A program made the translations under genes and the position numbers. Below, piece by piece: positions 10,573-21,473 of a stretch of 64,000 nucleotides of DNA. Location: assembly GCA_002011035.2 (NCBI GenBank), contig MTLY02000001.1:288001-352000 (forward strand). The letters run 5' to 3'. The notes beneath the pieces are model-generated. The model made no database searches and was not told where the DNA came from. It saw only the letters and a list, made by a program, of their open reading frames with translations. Position 1 is the stretch's first letter, and each line of letters starts with the position of its first letter. This stretch comes from Candidatus Hecatella orcuttiae (GTDB lineage: Archaea; Thermoproteota; Bathyarchaeia; Hecatellales; Hecatellaceae).

Positions 10573-12005
10573 CCTTCCGCTTCAATGTATCGGACGCCTT
10601 CTGCAGGCATCTTCACCCGCATTCTATCGGCTAGCCTTTGGGCCTTAGGAGTAGGGTAGACGCCTGTTAAACAGGCCAAGCAGAGCTCTTCTTCCCTCAG
10701 GCCTATGGCTTCCACCAGTCCTCGGACAGTTTGATACTCCAAGGAGTCAGCCCCTATAAGGCGGCGTATTTCCTCCACAGTTTTCTGGGATGCGATAAGT
10801 TCTTGGTGGGTCGCTATATCTATGCCGTAAAAACAAGGGGAGATCAGAGGGGGACAGGTTATTCGAACATGGACTTCCCTAGCCCCAGCCCTTCTGACCA
10901 TGTCGACGATCTTCCGGATGGTGGTGCCCCTCACGATGCTGTCGTCCACGAGGATAACACGCTGCCCTCGGAGCACCGATTTTAGGGGGTTGAGCTTCAT
11001 CTTCACCGCATCATCCCTCGCCGCCTGAACAGGCATGATGAAGGTTCTGTGAATGTAGCGGTTTTTAATCAAGCCTTCTGCCACTGGAAGGCTGCTCATC
11101 CTAGACATGCCTTCAGCCGCAGGCCTAGAGGTGTCAGGCACAGGCACTATCACATCGGCGTTGCAGTCGAAGTCCTTAGCTAATCTTTTTCCTAGGCTGA
11201 TTCTCACATCGTAAACGCTTTTCCCCTCCATCACCGAATCAGGCCGGCTGAAGTAGACGTACTCAAACATGCAATGAGCCCTCCGACAGGGAGCAACGAA
11301 CCGCTTCTTCACTAGGTGGGAATCCGTAATCAGCAGAGCTTCCCCCGGTTTAACATCCGACAGAAACTCGCCGCCAACCGAGTCCAAGGCCACACTCTCA
11401 GAGGCGCAGGCGGCAAAGTCTTCTCCCCTGCCATAGCACAGCGGCCTCAGCCCAAGGGGGTCCCGGAAGGCTAACAGTTCACTTTGGTCGGTTAGGCAGA
11501 GGGCGGCGTAGCCTCCCTCCACCACCTCAGCCAAGGCGGAGAGGGCCTCAAAAACGTCCCCTGTTTCCCTCCGCTTCTCCAAGAGAATGTTGAGCAAGAT
11601 TTCAGCATCGGAGGACGACATGAGAGGAATACGTTTCTTCCACATCAGCCCTTTCAGCTCCATGTAGTTGACCAAGTTTCCGTTGTGGCAGAAGGCCATC
11701 TCCCCGATGCAGAAAGGCTGCGCATTGTCCACGGAGGAAAGACCCGTGGTCGAGTAGCGTACATGTCCCAAGCCTATTTTACCTCTGAGACTTAGGGCTT
11801 CCTTCAAAAGGGAGCCGCTTCCCACCAAGCCCATGGTTTTCTTGGCCACCAACCGGCCTTCAGGCTCAGCTAAGGCCATTCCAGCCGATTCTTGCCCCCT
11901 GTGCTGGAGGGCCATCAGGCCGGTGAAGATGCGGCCGGCCGCAGGCTGTGTGGTGCAGCATACTCCGAACACACCGCAGGCTTCCCGAGGATAGTCGTGG
12001 CTCAA
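10569..12005 (-). CDS. purF: Amidophosphoribosyltransferase
   Basis: Propeptide + CGVFG, QHRGQE, GHVRYST, VDDSIVRGTT. Confidence 0.95.
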   Translation of the reverse strand: MSHDYPREACGVFGVCCTTQPAAGRIFTGLMALQHRGQESAGMALAEPEGRLVAKKTMGLVGSGSLLKEALSLRGKIGLGHVRYSTTGLSSVDNAQPFCIGEMAFCHNGNLVNYMELKGLMWKKRIPLMSSSDAEILLNILLEKRRETGDVFEALSALAEVVEGGYAALCLTDQSELLAFRDPLGLRPLCYGRGEDFAACASESVALDSVGGEFLSDVKPGEALLITDSHLVKKRFVAPCRRAHCMFEYVYFSRPDSVMEGKSVYDVRISLGKRLAKDFDCNADVIVPVPDTSRPAAEGMSRMSSLPVAEGLIKNRYIHRTFIMPVQAARDDAVKMKLNPLKSVLRGQRVILVDDSIVRGTTIRKIVDMVRRAGAREVHVRITCPPLISPCFYGIDIATHQELIASQKTVEEIRRLIGADSLEYQTVRGLVEAIGLREEELCLACLTGVYPTPKAQRLADRMRVKMPAEGVRYIEAEG

Positions 12006-14230
12006 TTTTTTCCCTCCATGATCCTAGGAATAGCCTCCCTCCACCTTTCTTCGATCTCAGCCAAGTCAACTTGGATGACAGGGGTTCCGGAGGCTTGTAG
12101 GAGGAAGACGGCGTCATCCACCACTCTGCCTACCTTTCTGGCAGGTGCGCCTTCTCGGCTTGCCAACTTCAAAACCACATCAACATTTTCCTCGTTGACT
12201 GCGAGAATGAACCTTGAATAGGTCTCGGAAAAGAGCAGTTCGTCTTTACGGGTTACCCCTCTGCAAGGAACATGTTCCAACTCAATTTTCAATCCCAGTT
12301 TCCCTTGGACAGCCATCAGTGCCAGCGCCACGGCTAGACCGCCTTTGGAGCAGTCGTGGGCTGCGGAAACATACCCAGCTCGGATGGCCTTCAAAACAGT
12401 TTGAAGGGAGGCTTTCTCCCTAGCCGCCTCAGCTGCAGGAGGCCTGCCTTGGTTTATCCGGTGAATCTCGCAGTAATATTCTGAGCCACCCATCTCCGGG
12501 CGGGTCTCCCCCACCACCAGAACACAGTCTCCGGGGTTTTTGAGGGCTAGGGTTGTTATCCATTGAAGGTCTTCTATCAGTCCCAACATAACCACGACGG
12601 TAGAAGGCTTAACAGCCACCCCTGTCTCGCTGTCCTCGTTGTAGAAGCTGACATTTCCTCCCACGCATGGAATGCCCAAGCCTCTGCCCATGTAAGCTAG
12701 GCCTTCTATTCCTCTCTTAAACTGCCAAAAGATCTCCGGCTTTTCCGGATTGCCGAAGTTACAGCAGTCAGCATAGGCGACGGGTTCAGCTCCTACGCAG
12801 ACCACATTCCTAGCTGCCTCCGCCAAGGCTCCGGCATGGCCGTAGAAGGGATCAAGGTAAGCGTGGCGGCTGTTACAATCAGCCTTGAGGGCTATGGCCT
12901 TGGGGATTTCAAGAAGCCGGAGCACGGCAGCATCACCTTCTCCGGGCTTCACCACCGACCTAACTCCCACCTCATGGTCATATTGCTGGAAGACCCACTC
13001 TTGGCTGGCTATGTTAGGCAAGGCCAGGAGGCTGAGGAAAACCTCGTTCAGATTCTCAGGTTCCTTGGGCGTCGGATAGTTCTGACCATCCGCCGGGAGG
13101 CTTGGCTCTTTGGCTTCTCTCCTGATAACAGGTGCTTGAGCTAAGATTTCGGAGGGAACTTCCGCCACCTTTTCACCTTGGAAGAAGACGGAAACATTGC
13201 CACCTTCCGTAACTTTTCCTACGATGGAGTAAGAGAGTCCGTATTTCTCGAAGACTCGGAGAACTTGGGAAAGCCCCTGAGGGTTGACGGCAAAAAGCAT
13301 GCGTTCCTGAGACTCGGAAAGAACCAGCTCATAGGGAGTCATGCCTTCTTCCCTGACGTGAACACGGTCAAGGTTTAGCTCCACCCCTCTGCCTCCTTTA
13401 AAGGACATTTCTGACGCTGCACAGGTTAGGCCGCCTCCTCCCAGATCCTTCAACCCCCTAACCTGTCCTGTTTTCAAAGCTTCCAGAACAGCTTCTATCA
13501 GAAGCTTTTTGGTGAAGGGGTCGCCAATCTGAACCGCAGGCCTGTCTTCCTCCGACTGCTGTCCGATGGTTTTTGAGGCGAAGGTCACCCCGTGGATGCC
13601 GTCCCTTCCAGTGGGACCTCCCACTAAAACTAAAATGTCTCCAGGTTCCTTGAACTCAGCTAAGATAATGTCCTCTCTCTTCGCAAGCCCAACGCAGGCT
13701 ACGTTGACCAAGCAGTTTGTTTCAAAGCTACTGTCAAACTCAACTTCCCCCGCCACCGTGGGAACCCCGATGCAGTTACCGTAGTCGCCTATCCCTCTCA
13801 CCACATGCTTGAAAAGCCACTGGGTGCGCCCTGACCGGGGGTTCCCGAATCTCAGAGAGTCTAAAAGGGCAATAGGCCTGGCTCCAACGCAGAGGACATC
13901 CCTGACGATTCCTCCAACGCCTGTAGCGGCTCCGTTGTAAGGTTCGATGGCAGAGGGGTGGTTGTGGCTTTCAACCTTGAAGGCTACCACGTAGCCGTCC
14001 CCTATGTCCACGATGCCTGAATCGTAACCCGGCCCTACGACGACCCTTGGGGAACGTGAGGGCAACAAGCTCAGCATGGGTCGGCTGCTCTTGTAGGAGC
14101 AGTGTTCGGAATACATGATGTCGAACATGCCCCACTCTACCGGATTTGGCTCTCTTCCCAGCCGCTTCCTTATCTCCTCCGCTTCTTCCCTAGTTAGGTG
14201 GGTTTTTATGGGCGGTGATAGAGTGGACAT
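12002..14230 (-). CDS. purL: FGAM synthase subunit PurL (small type)
   Basis: SEHCSYKSS, KVESHNHPS, DLGGGG, SESQERM. Confidence 0.96.
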   Translation of the reverse strand: MSTLSPPIKTHLTREEAEEIRKRLGREPNPVEWGMFDIMYSEHCSYKSSRPMLSLLPSRSPRVVVGPGYDSGIVDIGDGYVVAFKVESHNHPSAIEPYNGAATGVGGIVRDVLCVGARPIALLDSLRFGNPRSGRTQWLFKHVVRGIGDYGNCIGVPTVAGEVEFDSSFETNCLVNVACVGLAKREDIILAEFKEPGDILVLVGGPTGRDGIHGVTFASKTIGQQSEEDRPAVQIGDPFTKKLLIEAVLEALKTGQVRGLKDLGGGGLTCAASEMSFKGGRGVELNLDRVHVREEGMTPYELVLSESQERMLFAVNPQGLSQVLRVFEKYGLSYSIVGKVTEGGNVSVFFQGEKVAEVPSEILAQAPVIRREAKEPSLPADGQNYPTPKEPENLNEVFLSLLALPNIASQEWVFQQYDHEVGVRSVVKPGEGDAAVLRLLEIPKAIALKADCNSRHAYLDPFYGHAGALAEAARNVVCVGAEPVAYADCCNFGNPEKPEIFWQFKRGIEGLAYMGRGLGIPCVGGNVSFYNEDSETGVAVKPSTVVVMLGLIEDLQWITTLALKNPGDCVLVVGETRPEMGGSEYYCEIHRINQGRPPAAEAAREKASLQTVLKAIRAGYVSAAHDCSKGGLAVALALMAVQGKLGLKIELEHVPCRGVTRKDELLFSETYSRFILAVNEENVDVVLKLASREGAPARKVGRVVDDAVFLLQASGTPVIQVDLAEIEERWREAIPRIMEGKN

Positions 14231-14240
14231 GGTTTTTCCC

Positions 14241-14942
14241 TCAATGTTTGATATAGTCGACCATGGACTGGAAGATCAGCGCACCGTCTCTCCGCCTGCT
14301 AGGGTTGAGGATAGGCTCTGAAGCCCTCTCTGGATGAGGCATGATACCTAGGACATTTCCCCGCTCGTTAGCAATAGCGGCTATGTTCCCAACTGCCCCG
14401 TTAGGATTAGCCTTAGAGGAGGGCTCACCTTTTTCATCCACGTATCTGAACACGATTCGACGGGAGAAGCTAAGGGCCTTGAGGGCTTCTGCCTCATGAA
14501 AGTATCTTCCCTCATGGTGGGCTATGGGCATGTGAAGCATTTGTCCCTCCGAAATGAGGCTGGTGAAAGCGGTGTGGGCTGTTTCACATCGGAGGATAAT
14601 CCACTTGCAGATGAATTTTAAGCTGTCGTTGGGCAGAAAGGCTCCGGGGAGAATTTCAGCTTCGACCAGTATTTGGAAGCCGTTACATATTCCTAAAACT
14701 GGTTTCCCTTCTTCTGCCATGAGTTTAACTTCCTCCATAGCCGGGCTTCTCGCCGCTATAACTCCGCATCTCAAATGATCTCCGTAAGAAAATCCTCCAG
14801 GTAAAACCACGGCATCATAGCCGCTGTGCTTGAATTCCTTATGCCAAACCAGCTCCGTGGGAACGTTTAGAACGTTTTTTAGAACATGGACCACATCTAG
14901 GTCGCAGTTGGAACCGGGAAACTTAATGACAGCAACCCTCGT
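14241..14942 (-). CDS. purQ: FGAM synthase glutaminase PurQ; inferred non-canonical ACG start
   Basis: GGFSYGD, GICNGFQ, MPHPER. The conserved RVAVIKFPGSNCD lies upstream of the ORF-track GTG (14894). Confidence 0.9.
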   Translation of the reverse strand, partial: TRVAVIKFPGSNCDLDVVHVLKNVLNVPTELVWHKEFKHSGYDAVVLPGGFSYGDHLRCGVIAARSPAMEEVKLMAEEGKPVLGICNGFQILVEAEILPGAFLPNDSLKFICKWIILRCETAHTAFTSLISEGQMLHMPIAHHEGRYFHEAEALKALSFSRRIVFRYVDEKGEPSSKANPNGAVGNIAAIANERGNVLGIMPHPERASEPILNPSRRRDGALIFQSMVDYIKH

Positions 14943-14944
14943 TT

Positions 14945-15205
14945 CTATTTCTCCCTCACTTGGATGCGGCTTGTGTGAACCACAGGATTGTAGAGACGAA
15001 GAGCGTTACACATTTCAAAAACCAGCTTTTCAGCATCTTCAGGACCCTCGGCTTGAACTTCCAACTGAATGTACTTTCCAGCACGAACAGACTTCACATT
15101 TTCATATCCTCCCTTTAATAGGAGGTCACGGTGGATCGTTTCGCCTTCTGGATCCCGAGCGACAGGTTTATTTTGAATCACTACCTCAACCGTGTAATTT
15201 TTCAC
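14945..15205 (-). CDS. purS: FGAM synthase subunit PurS
   Basis: DPEG, VRAGK and NPV motifs; heads purSQL. Confidence 0.93.
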   Translation of the reverse strand: MKNYTVEVVIQNKPVARDPEGETIHRDLLLKGGYENVKSVRAGKYIQLEVQAEGPEDAEKLVFEMCNALRLYNPVVHTSRIQVREK

Positions 15206-15599
15206 TCATATCCCCCACATTCAACTTCGGTTTTGAAGCTACTTCCTTCATCTTTCCCAGCAATGAGTCTCGTCTATAAACATCGCTATCTATGGTTTCC
15301 TAGTTTTGTTCCCCGTGAAGGGGGGAGGTTATTGAACTTCAAATTTACTCCAGCCCGGATGGAAGACTCGTGAACACGGCTTTTCCTCTTCAGCTTATAC
15401 GACGAATCTCGCTCTTCCTCTTGGAGTAAGATTGCAGATGTTTGATATAAAAAATTTTTTGCATAAATGATTAAAAACTTTGAAAAATTTACATTTATAT
15501 GTATATCATTTGAGTTGAAACGGTCAAACCTAAAAGTGAAAAATTTAAAAGAAAAACTTATAATATCTAAAGATCCCGTAAGGATTCAATCCTAGAAGG

Positions 15600-15836
15600 T
15601 TGAACTTCGTGGAAACCGGGAAGAAACCCATAGTGTTCTTGGCTAAAAACTTGAACGCGAACATCAGGGTTAAACTCAAGAACGACCTAGAATACAGAGG
15701 TCGACTGGTTAAATGCGACAACTACATGAATCTCATCCTGGACAACGCCACAGAATATGCCAGCGATGAACCAGTGGTTCAATACGGTAGCATCTTCATC
15801 AGAGGTAACAACATCATCATGATATCCTTCCAGTGA
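15600..15836 (+). CDS. Sm-like (Lsm) protein
   Basis: Sm1/Sm2 motifs GRLVKCDNYMNLIL and FIRGNNI. Confidence 0.92.
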   Translation: MNFVETGKKPIVFLAKNLNANIRVKLKNDLEYRGRLVKCDNYMNLILDNATEYASDEPVVQYGSIFIRGNNIIMISFQ

Positions 15837-15882
15837 AGTAAGAAGCAACTTTATTCAGTAATTCTAAACGCGGGGAAATAGA

Positions 15883-17079
15883 ATGGCCAGAGTGCTTATA
15901 GAAAGCATCGGAAGAAAGCCTACTGTTGACTACGGCATAGAAATAGTAGAAAGAAAAGGTAAAGGGCACCCCGACTACATAGCCGACGCCGTAGCGGAAA
16001 ACCTCAGCCGAGAATTGTGCAAATGCTATTTGGAAAAATTCGGAGCCGTTCTCCACCATAACCTAGATAAAGGTTTGGTTGTAGGTGGAAAGTCAAATCC
16101 AAGATTTGGAGGAGGAGAAGTCCTCGAACCTATTCACATCATTGTCGCCGGGAGAGCCATTACAAAAAGTGGTGGAGAAGTCGTTCCGCTGGGAGAACTG
16201 GTTGAAAACTCCGTGAAGGCTCTCATAAAAAGAAACTTCAGGTTTCTTGACCCTGACAAACATGTGAAGGTGTACCATAAAATTCGAGAGGGTTCAATGG
16301 ATCTTGTTAAAATCTTTCAGGCTGGGAAGACGGTGCCCCTTTCCAACGATACATCTTTCGGTGTGAGTTTCGCTCCATTAACCCCCACGGAGAAACTTGT
16401 TTTGGAGGCTGAAAAATACCTGAACTCAGAAGGCTTCAAGAAGGAACTCCCTGAGGTGGGGGAGGATATTAAAGTCATGGGTTTGAGGAATAGAAACAAA
16501 GTGAAGTTGACGATATCCGCAGCCATGATAAGCCCTCTAATCCCCAACAAAGAGCATTATATAAGTGTGAAGGGGGAGGTCTGTAAGAAGGTTAAGGAAC
16601 TGGCCGCCACACTAACGGATATGGATGTAGACGTGAAGGTGAACGTGGGCGATAGGCCCAGAGTAGGCTGCTTCTATCTCACAGTTACAGGGACCTCAGC
16701 TGAGATGGGAGACGACGGAAACACGGGGAGGGGGAACAGGGTGAACGGGTTGATAACCCCTTGCAGACAGATGAGCCTTGAAGCCACCGCGGGAAAAAAC
16801 CCCGTCAGCCACGTGGGAAAAATCTACAACCTTCTCGCCCGAATTTTGGCCAATAAGATTTATGAGGAAGTTAAGGGCATCCGCGAAGTATACGTAAAAA
16901 TCCTAAGCCAAATAGGAAAACCCATCAACAAACCCCTGATGACCAATGTTCAGACGGTGATGGAGAAAGGGCGAACCTTACAAAGTATAAAAGATGATGT
17001 GAAATCCATCGTCGACGAGGAAGTAGCTGGTGTGACAAGACTGACGGAGGACATCCTCCGTGGAGTTGAACTTTTCTAG
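15883..17079 (+). CDS. mat: Archaeal S-adenosylmethionine synthetase
   Basis: [38 protein letters not shown]. Confidence 0.95.
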   Translation: MARVLIESIGRKPTVDYGIEIVERKGKGHPDYIADAVAENLSRELCKCYLEKFGAVLHHNLDKGLVVGGKSNPRFGGGEVLEPIHIIVAGRAITKSGGEVVPLGELVENSVKALIKRNFRFLDPDKHVKVYHKIREGSMDLVKIFQAGKTVPLSNDTSFGVSFAPLTPTEKLVLEAEKYLNSEGFKKELPEVGEDIKVMGLRNRNKVKLTISAAMISPLIPNKEHYISVKGEVCKKVKELAATLTDMDVDVKVNVGDRPRVGCFYLTVTGTSAEMGDDGNTGRGNRVNGLITPCRQMSLEATAGKNPVSHVGKIYNLLARILANKIYEEVKGIREVYVKILSQIGKPINKPLMTNVQTVMEKGRTLQSIKDDVKSIVDEEVAGVTRLTEDILRGVELF

Positions 17080-17090
17080 GGCGGCTGCTT

Positions 17091-17969
17091 CTACTCTTTA
17101 CCGACTATTTTTAATGCTTCTTCCAGAGTCATCCTAATTTTAAATTTTCTCTGAAAAAACGTCCATATGTTTTGAATATCCCTTTTTAGGAGAAAATCCG
17201 CATTGGGGTGGGTTGCGGTGACATATTGAGGCCAATCGATTATTTTCAGAGAGCCGTCCGGGGAGATCATGACGTTGTATTCACTGAGATCGCAGTGAAT
17301 TATTCCAGCTTCCCTCCAAGCCTTGCCGATGTTTTCCAAGATCTCCATCATAGTCTGCTTCGGCCGAGGTAGCTTAGTAACGTGCACAAGCCTTCTTCCT
17401 TCTATTTTATCCATCAAGACAGCGTGGCGGTTCTGGGCTATGGGCCTCACCACTTGGATCCCATGTGCGTGAAGCTTCTCAAGGGCTTCGTACTCTCTTT
17501 CCGCAGCAGCTTTGGAGCGGAAAAGCCATAGGGCCTTCTGTTTTACATAGCCTCTCACACGCCTTGTTTGTCTGAAGCTTATCCTGCCAAGTCTGTGAAA
17601 TTTCAATGCAAGGAGGGCCCCTTGGGGGTTAAAGGCCTCATAGACATCGGCCTCCTTACCGAGGCCTAGGCTTCCGCCTAAAGCCTCTATTAATTCAGCT
17701 TTGACGAAGAAGTTTAAGGCGAGAAAATCATAGCCTAAGTAATTTAGAGAGTACCCCACGTAGGGGCGGGAGGTTCTTCTCAGCACACCCAGTTTCTCAA
17801 CCCGCTCTAACCTGTAGAGGGCTTCCTCTGGGGGGAGGTTTGAGTAGCTTAAAACAAGGTCCCGGGGAACAAACTCGTGACTAGTCATCCCCGTTTCCAC
17901 CCCTAGGAGAATGCGGAAGTCCCGGGGATCCAGTTGCCTGAACCTCTGCATCACAGACTTAAAGGACAT
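17091..17969 (-). CDS. rio2: RIO2-type Ser/Thr kinase
   Basis: N-terminal wHTH, GKEADVY, IHCDLSEYN, IIDWPQ. Confidence 0.92.
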   Translation of the reverse strand: MSFKSVMQRFRQLDPRDFRILLGVETGMTSHEFVPRDLVLSYSNLPPEEALYRLERVEKLGVLRRTSRPYVGYSLNYLGYDFLALNFFVKAELIEALGGSLGLGKEADVYEAFNPQGALLALKFHRLGRISFRQTRRVRGYVKQKALWLFRSKAAAEREYEALEKLHAHGIQVVRPIAQNRHAVLMDKIEGRRLVHVTKLPRPKQTMMEILENIGKAWREAGIIHCDLSEYNVMISPDGSLKIIDWPQYVTATHPNADFLLKRDIQNIWTFFQRKFKIRMTLEEALKIVGKE

Positions 17970-18020
17970 AGTTGTTGAAAAATGCGGAAAAGACGTTTTT
18001 AAATATATAAATGGGAGCGG

Positions 18021-19640
18021 TCACCCGCCGCCCTGTTTTCTCCGGAGGCATGCCTCTATAAAGCCGCGGTAAACCGGCTCCGGCTTCCCGGGTCTGCTTT
18101 CAAATTCCGGATGGAACTGCACTCCCATGTGAAACAGGTTTCTTGGATATTCGCATATTTCCACCCTTTTTCCGTCGGAGCTTTTCCCGGAGAGGAGAAG
18201 TCCGCCCTCCTCTAGGATGGGCCAATATTTGGGGTTTACCTCAAATCGATGCCTGTGCCGTTTCCGCACCAAGCTGCTCTTGTAGAGTTTATGGGCTAGG
18301 GTTTTAGGCTCTATTCGAACCTCTTGGGCGCCAAGCCTCATGGTTCCCCCTTTAAGCTGCACGTTTTTCTGCTCAGGAAGCAAGTCAAGAACTGGGTGGG
18401 GCGTCTGAGGATCGTTTTCGGTGCTGTTAGCTTTCTCCAAGCCGCATACGTTTCTGGCGAACTCCACCACTGCCATCTGAAAGCCGAAACAAATGCCTAG
18501 GAAAGGTATGTTCTGTTCCCTTGCATGTTTAATCGCAGCGATTTTACCTTCAGTCCCCCTCACTCCGAAGCCTGGAGGTGTCAGAATTCCATTGTACCCA
18601 TTCAGAATGCTGAGCTTGGAGAGGTCTTCCTCGAAGATTTCAGTTTCAATCCAATCCATCTTCACCGAGACTCGAAAAGAGCCTCCCGCGTGTTTTAAAG
18701 CCTCGTTGATGCTGATGTAGGAGTCAGCTAGTTTGGCGTATTTTCCACAGAGGGCAATTTTAAGCTCCACGGTGGGCTTGGAGAGGTCTTCGACGACCTT
18801 TAACCAACCGTTCCACGCCGGCTTTTGCTTGGGCAGACCTAGTCTTTCGCAGAGGTATTCGCCCATACCCTGTCGGTCGAAGGTGAGGGGCAGCTCGTAA
18901 ATGTTAGGTATCGTCGGGGAACAGAAAACACTTCGCTCTTCCACGTTTGCAAAGAGGGCTATTTTCCTCTGAGCCTCTGGCTCAACCATCGTGCTACACC
19001 GGGATATAACGATGTCCGGCTGTATTCCTATCCGCCGCAGCTCGTTTACGCTGTGTTGGAGAGGCTTGGTCTTCTGTTCCTTGGTAGTTTCAAGAACTGG
19101 GACCAGTGCCACATGGACAAAGAGAGTGTTGAGGTAGCCTTCTTCAAGGCGCAGCTGCCGGATGGCTTCTAAGAAAGGTAAGCCCTCGATGTCGCCGGTG
19201 GTACCTCCGATCTCTGTCAGCACGATTTCAGCCCGCGTCTTCTCAGCCACGCGACGTATTCGCCTCTTTATTTCATCGGTTATGTGAGGGACTATCTGGA
19301 CGCATTTTCCTAGATAGTCGCCTTGCCTTTCCTTTTGGATAACCTCCCCGTAAATCTGCCCTGTGGTGATGTAGTGGTCTTTGCTCATGTTTAAATCCAA
19401 AAACCGCTCATACCAGCCGAGGTCGAGGTCTGTTTCTCCTCCATCTTCGGTGACAAAAACTTCCCCATGCATGTAGGGGTTCATCGTCCCCGCGTCCACA
19501 TTGAGGTAAGGGTCTATCTTAATGGCGGTGACGTAGAATCCTCTAACTTGGAGCATCTTTGCTATGGAGGCCGCTGCAACCCCTTTCCCAACGCTGGATA
19601 AGACTCCTCCGGTTACGAAGATGTATTTCGTCAACACCAT
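18021..19640 (-). CDS. pyrG: CTP synthase
   Basis: [21 protein letters not shown]. Confidence 0.97.
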   Translation of the reverse strand: MVLTKYIFVTGGVLSSVGKGVAAASIAKMLQVRGFYVTAIKIDPYLNVDAGTMNPYMHGEVFVTEDGGETDLDLGWYERFLDLNMSKDHYITTGQIYGEVIQKERQGDYLGKCVQIVPHITDEIKRRIRRVAEKTRAEIVLTEIGGTTGDIEGLPFLEAIRQLRLEEGYLNTLFVHVALVPVLETTKEQKTKPLQHSVNELRRIGIQPDIVISRCSTMVEPEAQRKIALFANVEERSVFCSPTIPNIYELPLTFDRQGMGEYLCERLGLPKQKPAWNGWLKVVEDLSKPTVELKIALCGKYAKLADSYISINEALKHAGGSFRVSVKMDWIETEIFEEDLSKLSILNGYNGILTPPGFGVRGTEGKIAAIKHAREQNIPFLGICFGFQMAVVEFARNVCGLEKANSTENDPQTPHPVLDLLPEQKNVQLKGGTMRLGAQEVRIEPKTLAHKLYKSSLVRKRHRHRFEVNPKYWPILEEGGLLLSGKSSDGKRVEICEYPRNLFHMGVQFHPEFESRPGKPEPVYRGFIEACLRRKQGGG

Positions 19641-19777
19641 TCTCTCCTACGCCGGACTCCGTCATAAACTCTTTTCACCTAGCTTAAAAAATAACTTATT
19701 AATTAACTCCCCGCCCTTCAAATCCAAGGCTAAATAGCGCCTAGAAAACGCTCGACGGCCACAATAGCAGAAAGCCG

Positions 19778-20587
19778 CTAGAATTTGGTCATGCTGAGGG
19801 CTGAACTGCAAGGGCAATGTCTATCCTTGGAAATTTTAGGTACGACCTCGTAGATAAGCTTCTTCACATTTTCAATGTTTTGGGTTAGAACCTTTAAGAT
19901 CTCCAAGTGGCTGACAGGTTCAGGCTGCCAGACATCGTAGTCCGTTACCAAGGAAATGTTAACGTAGCAGATCTCCAACTCTCGGGCCAGTGTGACCTCG
20001 GGATACTGAGTCATGTTGATGACCTCCCAGCCGAAGCTCTTGTACCACCGGCTTTCAGCCCTAGTGCTGAACCTAGGCCCCTGCACCACCACCACGGTGC
20101 CGCGGTCGTGAACCCGCAGTTTTAAGCTTCTCCCAGCTTCAATGACCCATTTCCGTAGCTCAGGGCAGTATGGGTCGGCTGCTGACACATGAGCTGTCAC
20201 CGGGCCGTCATAGAAGGTGTCTACTCTCCCCGATGTCCTGTCTACAAACTGGTCACATATTACAATGTCGCCCAATTGAACGTGAGGTTGAAGGCTGCCT
20301 ACTACACAGGGGGCCAGAATTCTCTTCACCCCCAGCTTCCCCATAGCCCAGAGGTTAGCTCGGTAGGGTATGGTGTGCGGGGGATGCTGGTGGTGTCTCC
20401 CATGCCGGGGGAGGAAAGCCACTTTTCTGCCTGCGATTTCCCCTAGGGCCAAGAGGTCGGAGGGGGGTCCGTAGGGGGTGTCTATTTTTATCTCTCTGGG
20501 TTTCTCCAGCAGCGAGTACAGCCCTGTGCCTCCCAGTATGCCTATTTCAGCTTCCTCTCCCAGAGGCTTGTTTTCTCGATCCTTCAA
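19778..20587 (-). CDS. mtnP: S-methyl-5'-thioadenosine phosphorylase
   Basis: GGTG, TPYG, PRHG, GPRFSTRAE, NMT, TDYD. Confidence 0.9.
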   Translation of the reverse strand: MKDRENKPLGEEAEIGILGGTGLYSLLEKPREIKIDTPYGPPSDLLALGEIAGRKVAFLPRHGRHHQHPPHTIPYRANLWAMGKLGVKRILAPCVVGSLQPHVQLGDIVICDQFVDRTSGRVDTFYDGPVTAHVSAADPYCPELRKWVIEAGRSLKLRVHDRGTVVVVQGPRFSTRAESRWYKSFGWEVINMTQYPEVTLARELEICYVNISLVTDYDVWQPEPVSHLEILKVLTQNIENVKKLIYEVVPKISKDRHCPCSSALSMTKF

Positions 20588-21366
20588 GCTATTGCGGCCC
20601 TCCTTTTCCCTGATTTATCTATCAGCTTGGCTTCTTTAACTTTGAGGTATCCCCAGTATCCCCGCCAAACCTTCTCAACGCCGCAGAACTCCACCTTTCT
20701 CGCGAAAAAAGGAGTATCCTTCACGAAAGTTTCCCCTTCTCCCCCTTCCAAAGAGGGGTGGACTCCGAATTTTTTGTTAAGGATCTTAAGGTCTCGAACA
20801 GCCTCCTCATCCAGTCTCCGGTTAAGCCAGCTTTCATCAAAACCTTCAGCTGCCACAGCGGTGAAGACAATTTCGAAACCTAAACTCAGAACTTCCTCTA
20901 GAAGTTTTAAAGGATCCCTGCCCCACAGCGGATTCAGGCTTATTAAGCCGGTTTCTTTGCAGATTTTTTCGATGCGGGATTTCTGGTACTGGCTTTCAAC
21001 AGCACCTGAAGCAACGGCCTCGATCCGATATTTCTTTTTCAAGAACTCCAACGCTCTTCTCAGGTCTTGAAGTTCTTCTTCTTTTCTCCCAGAAGTCGCC
21101 TGGATATGGAGAGGGAGTCCCATGGCTTGGGATTGAAGGGGAGTCAGGTCGATGCAAGGATGATGGAACATCCAAGATTCGGGGTTTGCTGGTTTAACCG
21201 TCAGTAGAGCTGAAACTCTATGTCCGAGGCTGACTGTTTTCAGCACAGCTAAAGTGGAGTCTTTCCCTCCGGAGAAGAGTACCGCCACTTTTAAGGGCTT
21301 CACGGCTACCATTCGCCTGAGTTGATTAATTTTAAGGCTACCTAGTTTGACCGACCTTCCTGCCAT
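20584..21366 (-). CDS. dph6: Diphthine-ammonia ligase (Dph6/DUF71); true start probably ~21311
   Basis: PP-loop SGGKDS; EGGEGET. Confidence 0.88.
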   Translation of the reverse strand: MAGRSVKLGSLKINQLRRMVAVKPLKVAVLFSGGKDSTLAVLKTVSLGHRVSALLTVKPANPESWMFHHPCIDLTPLQSQAMGLPLHIQATSGRKEEELQDLRRALEFLKKKYRIEAVASGAVESQYQKSRIEKICKETGLISLNPLWGRDPLKLLEEVLSLGFEIVFTAVAAEGFDESWLNRRLDEEAVRDLKILNKKFGVHPSLEGGEGETFVKDTPFFARKVEFCGVEKVWRGYWGYLKVKEAKLIDKSGKRRAAIA

Positions 21367-21473
21367 AGATTAAAGGGGATGGTGTATTTTTCGTTTTCAG
21401 CTGAAGAAAACCTTTTTCTTCTAGGGACGCCTACTAGCTCTGAAATCCGCAAACACTCTCTCGGTGTCGAAGA

